DNA from: Chthonomonadales bacterium
GTDB taxonomy: Bacteria > Armatimonadota > Chthonomonadetes > Chthonomonadales > Chthonomonadaceae
Length of the DNA stretch: 13,675 bases
Assembly: GCA_038217285.1 (NCBI GenBank)
Contig: JBBQPO010000164.1
Coordinates: 1-13,675, forward strand
Direction of reading: 5' to 3'
Position 1 is the stretch's first letter. The number at the start of each line of letters is the position of its first letter. The position numbers and the translations under genes were made by a program. The notes under the pieces are model-generated. The model did not search any database, was not told the origin of the DNA, and worked only from the letters and a program-made list of their open reading frames with translations. Positions 7,671 to 13,675 of the stretch are shown one piece after another.

Positions 7671-7687
7671 CCCCGCCCACGATGGTC

Positions 7688-7727
7688 AAACGCGCCCTCT
7701 TCCACAATCGGAAGAGGGCGCGTTTTT
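7688..7727. terminator. Probable bidirectional intrinsic terminator, copy 1
   Basis: AAACGCGCCCTCTTCC-acaatc-GGAAGAGGGCGCGTTT forms a 16-bp stem with T tracts on both strands. It lies between the convergent ECF and TA operons. Confidence 0.85.
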
Positions 7728-7750
7728 GTCTGTGCGTTGGGCAGACGGGA

Positions 7751-7798
7751 CTACATGTCGTAGTCCATGCCGCCGCCGCCGTGTCCGCCGCCTGCGGG
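7751..7798 (-). pseudogene. groEL 3' fragment ([15 protein letters not shown])
   Basis: Identical to the last 48 nt of groEL (8736-8783) and has no evident start of its own. Confidence 0.85.
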
Positions 7799-7878
7799 AG
7801 GAGGAGACTTCCGCAACAACTGTCGCAGCAATGCAAATCCGCTCGGGAGGAACACGCCAATGCAGGGAACGAGGCCCT

Positions 7879-8286
7879 TCAGCGTAAGACCTCCAGCATA
7901 GATCCATCGGAAAGGCGGTAGATGTAGAAGTCGCTGTCGGTCGTGAAGACGCGTCGGAAACCGCGAATATCGGCCACAGCGACCAGGGAGGAATCGGCAA
8001 AATCCATCGGAACGTTCTGGTATTGTTGCATCAGGGAGTCCATCCGCTCGGTTTCCAGGGCTGTGATGTCCAGAACGATAAGTCTTCCAGCTTTATAAGT
8101 TCGCCACAGCCTATTCTGATATCGATAACCTCCGAGCCCGTGCAAGAGGTACATAGCTTCGGTCATGCACGGCCATGTCGTGACAAGCGGTCCATACGGT
8201 AGGTTGCGGAGAATGGCGGTACAGTTCGCATGATGCTTATCGTCCTCATCGAACAGCGCAATGAGCGGTCCCGTATCCGTCAGCAC
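7879..8286 (-). CDS. vapC: PIN-domain (VapC-family) toxin
   Basis: GTG start; MLTDTGPLIAL..., TTWPCMTEA, MDFADSSLVAVA and VFTTDSDF supply the PIN acidic residues; 135 aa. It overlaps the antitoxin stop (GTGCTGA). Confidence 0.9.
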   Translation of the reverse strand: MLTDTGPLIALFDEDDKHHANCTAILRNLPYGPLVTTWPCMTEAMYLLHGLGGYRYQNRLWRTYKAGRLIVLDITALETERMDSLMQQYQNVPMDFADSSLVAVADIRGFRRVFTTDSDFYIYRLSDGSMLEVLR

Positions 8287-8567
8287 CCCTCCTGCTCCTC
8301 ACGATATTTTTGAAGCAGACGCTCCTCAAACTTATGGCTGGTTTCTACCGAGAGATTGGCACCACCAGAAACAAACTCACTACTATGGAGTCCACCTATA
8401 TAGCCAGCAAAGAAATCCGCCATCGACACGGTTTCATTCGCAGGTATTGGAGGCAACAGCAGGCTGCGCAGTTTTTCCAGCGTCAGAAGTTCCGGCGTGG
8501 TACCTTGCTGTTGCGCCTGCTCCCTAACGACCTGTTCCAGTTCCGGCGGAAGGGTAATAGTGACCAT
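8280..8567 (-). CDS. Putative antitoxin of the PIN toxin
   Basis: ATG 8567 with RBS GAGGAG (8580-8575). The N-terminus MVTITLPPELEQVVREQAQQQGTTPE is ribbon-helix-helix-like; 95 aa; coupled to the toxin gene. Confidence 0.75.
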   Translation of the reverse strand: MVTITLPPELEQVVREQAQQQGTTPELLTLEKLRSLLLPPIPANETVSMADFFAGYIGGLHSSEFVSGGANLSVETSHKFEERLLQKYREEQEGC

Positions 8568-8612
8568 CCGGCAACTCCTCTCGTAAGTAAAATGCAAGCA
8601 TGGTTGGCTCTC

Positions 8613-8627
8613 TTCATTATACATGAA
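8613..8627 (-). promoter_or_regulatory. TA promoter -10 with overlapping palindrome
   Basis: TATAAT on the minus strand (8621-8616) overlaps TTCAT-N5-ATGAA; no good -35 is visible. Confidence 0.5.
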
Positions 8628-8669
8628 ATTCTGATAGAGAGCTATGCTTCATCGTGGCTGCTCCGATAA

Positions 8670-10373
<1,704 letters not shown>

Positions 10374-10456
10374 TTAGAATTCTCCTTCGATAAACCGTTG
10401 CGTCCAGGAGGGTCCACACCCGACACCGGGCGAGGCCGCAGGACGCGAATTCGTAG

Positions 10457-10750
10457 TTACTCGTTCACGACGAGCGCATAAATCTGGTCTTCGTCCAGCA
10501 GAACGAGGTCTTCGCCTTCCAGCTTGACTTCCGTCCCGCCGTACTTGGAGTAGAGTACCGTATCGCCGACCTTGACGGCCAGTTCGCGCACGGTGCCGTC
10601 TTCGAGGAGGCGACCCGTCCCAACCGCGATCACTTTGCCCTCTTGCGGCTTCTTCTTCGCCGTATCCGGGAGAAAGATTCCGCCCGAAGACTTCTCTTCA
10701 CCCTCGCTGGGCTTAACGACGACCTTGTCACGCAGCGGTCGCAATGCCAT
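10457..10750 (-). CDS. groES: Co-chaperonin GroES
   Basis: ATG 10750 with RBS GGAGG; LRPLRDKVVV...GGIFLPDTAKKKPQEG...VKVGDTVLYSKYGGTEV; 97 aa. Confidence 0.98.
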   Translation of the reverse strand: MALRPLRDKVVVKPSEGEEKSSGGIFLPDTAKKKPQEGKVIAVGTGRLLEDGTVRELAVKVGDTVLYSKYGGTEVKLEGEDLVLLDEDQIYALVVNE

Positions 10751-10779
10751 GTTGCTTCCTCCGATCAAAAATTGGCCTT

Positions 10780-10806
10780 TTGGCACTCACACCTTGCGAG
10801 TGCTAA
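10780..10806. promoter_or_regulatory. CIRCE element (HrcA operator)
   Basis: Minus strand TTAGCACTC-N9-GAGTGCCAA, one mismatch from the consensus. Confidence 0.95.
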
Positions 10807-10809
10807 AAT

Positions 10810-10839
10810 AGAATACTTCTTATCGGTTGGACTTGTCAA
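10810..10839 (-). promoter_or_regulatory. Sigma70-type promoter of groESL
   Basis: TTGACA (10839-10834), 18 bp, TATTCT (10815-10810), immediately upstream of CIRCE. Confidence 0.7.
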
Positions 10840-11033
10840 GGGAGAGGCCAAGATTTTACCGGAAAACAGATCCCGGCAATCCATTACCGGGATGGGAAAC
10901 CTGGTGTGCCAGTCCTCCGCAAGGAATTCGTATCCTGGGAGGTGAACAGAGGGTCAGGCTTCCTGGGCATCCTCCCCGTCGAAATCCCCTTCGCGGTCAG
11001 CGTGACCCCGTAGGAAGTCAGGAGAGGAGTGCC

Positions 11034-12245
11034 ATGCAGTTCGCTGCCGCGATAACACGCTGTGAAGAGGTTCCGGATGCCGTCGCCCATCTTGTGGATT
11101 CGATTCGTCGTCAGTTGGCCGGCGACATCGATCTATTGGTCCTGTTTCTCACGCCGGAATATCAGGACAACGCGCCGCAGTTGGTCCGCTCCTTGCGCCT
11201 CGCTCTCTCGCCGCGTGTGCTGCTCGGATGCACCTGCGAAGGGGTCATAGGGAGGGATCGCGAGATCGAGCGCGAACCAGCGATCAGCATCCTGGCCGGG
11301 TGTCTGCCTGGCGTCACACTCGCCCCATTTCATATCGGTATGGAAGAGTGGGAGAGCCTGCTCGACGAGAACGATCCGTCGAAATTGAAACGTATTTTGG
11401 CCGTAGAACCCGGCGACATCGCCCCCACCCGCGCCTATATCGTGCTCGCAGACCCGTTCACCACGCCGATCTCCGAACTCATGCGGTCGCTCGACGATCT
11501 CACGCCCCACGCCCCCACCCTCGGGGGAATGTGTAGCGGGGCGCAGCAGGCCGGGCAGAACCTGCTCTTCCTCAACGGCATGATCTTGGAAGACGGCGCG
11601 GTCGGCGTGCGAATCGCCGGTCCCGTGCAGGTGGATACCATCGTCAGTCAGGGATGCCGGCCTATCGGCGAAACCCTTCTCGTCACCAAAGCCGATGGAA
11701 ACCGGATTGCCGCGCTGTCCGGGCAGAACGCGCTCGAAAAGACGCGTGAGCTGCTGGAGGATCTACCGGAAGAGGACAAGGAGCTGCTGTCGAACGGCCT
11801 CTTTCTGGGGGTCGTCGTCAACGAATATCAGTCGGACTTCGGGCGAGGCGATTTTCTGATACGTCCCGTCTTCGGCGCTGACAAAGAGACGGGAGCCATC
11901 GCCATCGGAGACACGATCCGCGCCGGACAGACGGTCCAGTACCATGTGCGCGATGCCCAGACAGCGGACGAAGATCTCCGCGAACTGATGAAACAGGCCG
12001 CAAAGAACGAAGTCGCTCCGGCGGGCGGACTGCTCTTCTCCTGCAACGGCCGCGGTGTGCGCCTCTTCGACATGCCCAACCACGATGTACGCGGCGTACT
12101 CGAAGCCGTCCCCGAAACCCCTCTCGCTGGTTTCTTCGCGCAGGGCGAACTCGGCCCCATCGGAGGCCGCAGCTTCATCCACGGCCACACCCTCAGCGTC
12201 GCCCTCTTCCGCCCCATCCGACAGGACGAAAGCACCGTTCCCTGA
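11034..12245 (+). CDS. FIST N/C domain sensory protein
   Basis: ATG 11034 with RBS GAGGAG. Motifs LLGCTCEGVIG, LADPF, VSQGCRPIG, HVRD, LLFSCNGRG and GFFAQGELGP; 403 aa. Confidence 0.9.
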   Translation: MQFAAAITRCEEVPDAVAHLVDSIRRQLAGDIDLLVLFLTPEYQDNAPQLVRSLRLALSPRVLLGCTCEGVIGRDREIEREPAISILAGCLPGVTLAPFHIGMEEWESLLDENDPSKLKRILAVEPGDIAPTRAYIVLADPFTTPISELMRSLDDLTPHAPTLGGMCSGAQQAGQNLLFLNGMILEDGAVGVRIAGPVQVDTIVSQGCRPIGETLLVTKADGNRIAALSGQNALEKTRELLEDLPEEDKELLSNGLFLGVVVNEYQSDFGRGDFLIRPVFGADKETGAIAIGDTIRAGQTVQYHVRDAQTADEDLRELMKQAAKNEVAPAGGLLFSCNGRGVRLFDMPNHDVRGVLEAVPETPLAGFFAQGELGPIGGRSFIHGHTLSVALFRPIRQDESTVP

Positions 12246-12295
12246 GGATCTTGAGTTTGTCGCGTCTGCGGTTGCAGAAAAGGACTGGACATTTT

Positions 12296-13384
12296 ATGAC
12301 ACACACACACGCACTCCTTACCGCCCTAATGCTGCTGCCACTGGCCGCAATCCACGTTGCAGAGGCGCAAGTGGCGACAAGTTTCGATATCCGCGACTAT
12401 GGCGCCGTGGGTGATGATGCGACCGACAACACCAAAGCGTTTTCCCGGTGCCTCAAGGCAGTCGTAGATGCGGGAGGCGGGCGCGTGACCATTCCAAACG
12501 GCGTGTTTCGCGGACGCATGATCATCCCGCCTGTATCGCAGCCCAGTCCCAGTTGGATTACCGTGGAAATTATTGGAGAGCGCGAACCCACTCATGTCTT
12601 CGGCACCATCGGCTCCTTCCCCTTGCAAAACCACGGCTCGATTGTTAAATGCTTGGCTGAATCAGGCCCGGCGGTCATCTCCGCCGCCCAATCCGTCAAG
12701 CCTCTTTACGGCACTTTTTCCGCAGTCAACATTGTCTTAAAAAACCTCGATGTGCGCACCTATGACAACCCCGGCATCGGCGGCATCGATCTCAAGCACG
12801 CTATGCAGTGCAAACTGGAGAACGTGTTCATCAACACCGGCGTTTACAACGTCATAGCCTCCCGTCCAACGCACGGAACCAGCGGCTTAATCACCCCCGC
12901 CGCGAACAACGCCGCGTGGACTGTCCTGCGAAATATCACTGTTACCGGCTATCACGATGGCATCGTGGTCAACGAGCACACGGACGGCGACAACATCGTC
13001 GTTGGCAGCAATATCAACGGCTTGAATTTCGCGTTCGCCCATCACGCCTCCCGGTTCGCGCGTGTCTGCTCGTGCCGCAACGTGAACACCGTGACGGTCA
13101 GCGGAGCCCACGGATTTTCCATTGAACAACTGGACATCGAACAGCCCGGCCCCGCGCAGACGGATAAACAAAACGAGTGGCAGGCGACTGCTAACGATGT
13201 GAACGACTCTAACAATCTCGGCGTGGCCGACATCAACTACTGGGTCGTCATCGGAAATGTGGGCGCGCGCGATGTGTTCACTAAGAAGGGAGGCGCAACC
13301 ATCCAGTGCCGCCGCATCGGATCTCCGCGAAATTTCGAAACCAAAAATCCTGGTGTCCCGGCTGAACGACCCTCACCCAAGTAA
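12296..13384 (+). CDS. Secreted pectate-lyase-3/GH55-like right-handed beta-helix protein
   Basis: ATG 12296 with a signal peptide ending AEA. FDIRDYGAVGDDATDNTKAF...GGGRVTIPNG is the family N-terminal motif, followed by Asn/Gly-rich beta coils. Confidence 0.75.
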   Translation: MTHTHALLTALMLLPLAAIHVAEAQVATSFDIRDYGAVGDDATDNTKAFSRCLKAVVDAGGGRVTIPNGVFRGRMIIPPVSQPSPSWITVEIIGEREPTHVFGTIGSFPLQNHGSIVKCLAESGPAVISAAQSVKPLYGTFSAVNIVLKNLDVRTYDNPGIGGIDLKHAMQCKLENVFINTGVYNVIASRPTHGTSGLITPAANNAAWTVLRNITVTGYHDGIVVNEHTDGDNIVVGSNINGLNFAFAHHASRFARVCSCRNVNTVTVSGAHGFSIEQLDIEQPGPAQTDKQNEWQATANDVNDSNNLGVADINYWVVIGNVGARDVFTKKGGATIQCRRIGSPRNFETKNPGVPAERPSPK

Positions 13385-13539
13385 CTGGTAAAGTTTTTTC
13401 GTCATTCCCGCTCGCATTTGTGCGATGTGCAACTGGTTTGCCTATGAGCAATTGAAAGTTACCCGATGGGCAGCCGAAGATTATCCTCGGCTGCTAAATA
13501 GTCTAAACGTCAACTACATACAGTGGGGAGATACAGATA

Positions 13540-13675
13540 ATGCAGTACACGAACTTGGGGCGAACCGCCTTGAAGGTCAGCCGCCTCTGCTTCGGCACCA
13601 TGAACTTCGGGTGGCACGAGAGCGAGGACGAGGCTGTCGGCCTCATGGACCGGGCGCTAGAGCTGGGCATCAACT
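13540..13675 (+). CDS. Aldo/keto reductase, N-terminal part, runs off the right edge
   Basis: Hand translation MQYTNLGRTALKVSRLCFGTMNFG...MDRALELGIN; RBS GGGGAG at 13525-13530. Confidence 0.9.
   Translation, partial: MQYTNLGRTALKVSRLCFGTMNFGWHESEDEAVGLMDRALELGIN

Larger units (their letters stand above)
7685..7798. repeat. 114-bp direct repeat, copy 1 (displaced groEL 3' end plus terminator)
   Basis: Base-for-base identical to 8670-8783. Confidence 0.95.

Noticed and set aside
7660-8000. Short ORFs crossing the repeat (7660-7860, 7682-7921, 7686-8000) or a toxin-GroEL tail fusion
   Set aside because: They run through the terminator and lack motifs, and the groEL fragment is out of frame with the toxin, which has its own stop.
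10827-11033. N-terminal extensions in the ORF track (FIST, also groES, pth, the TIM-barrel protein and the antitoxin)
   Set aside because: In each case family similarity begins at a downstream start, most of which have a clear RBS.
12299-12310. (AC)6 tract just after the start of the beta-helix gene as a phase-variation switch
   Set aside because: The tract is short, the gene is in frame (encodes THTH), and there is no evidence of variability without reads.
13470-13494. Hairpin GCAGCCGA-N9-TCGGCTGC as a terminator or REP element
   Set aside because: It has no U-tract and is single-copy in the window, so no function can be supported.

Overview
GC-rich bacterial chromosomal window. The gene and protein style is reminiscent of Armatimonadota/Planctomycetota, but that is only an impression. 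The left part is a minus-strand run: an orphan CcrM-like (GANTC) DNA adenine methyltransferase, pth, a NurA nuclease, a Tat-exported TIM-barrel isomerase and a partial enolase-superfamily gene. Two ECF sigma / zinc-finger anti-sigma pairs are transcribed divergently from it. Next come a PIN toxin-antitoxin cassette, the CIRCE-controlled groES-groEL operon, a FIST protein, a secreted beta-helix protein and a partial aldo/keto reductase. Two non-coding signals stand out. (1) The methyltransferase/ECF intergenic region holds a helically phased array of GANTC sites (four at exact 10-bp spacing, seven within 135 bp), which suggests a methylation-sensing switch. (2) A perfect 114-bp direct repeat, made of the groEL 3' end plus its terminator, brackets the 871-bp TA cassette like attL/attR of an integrase-less mini-island.
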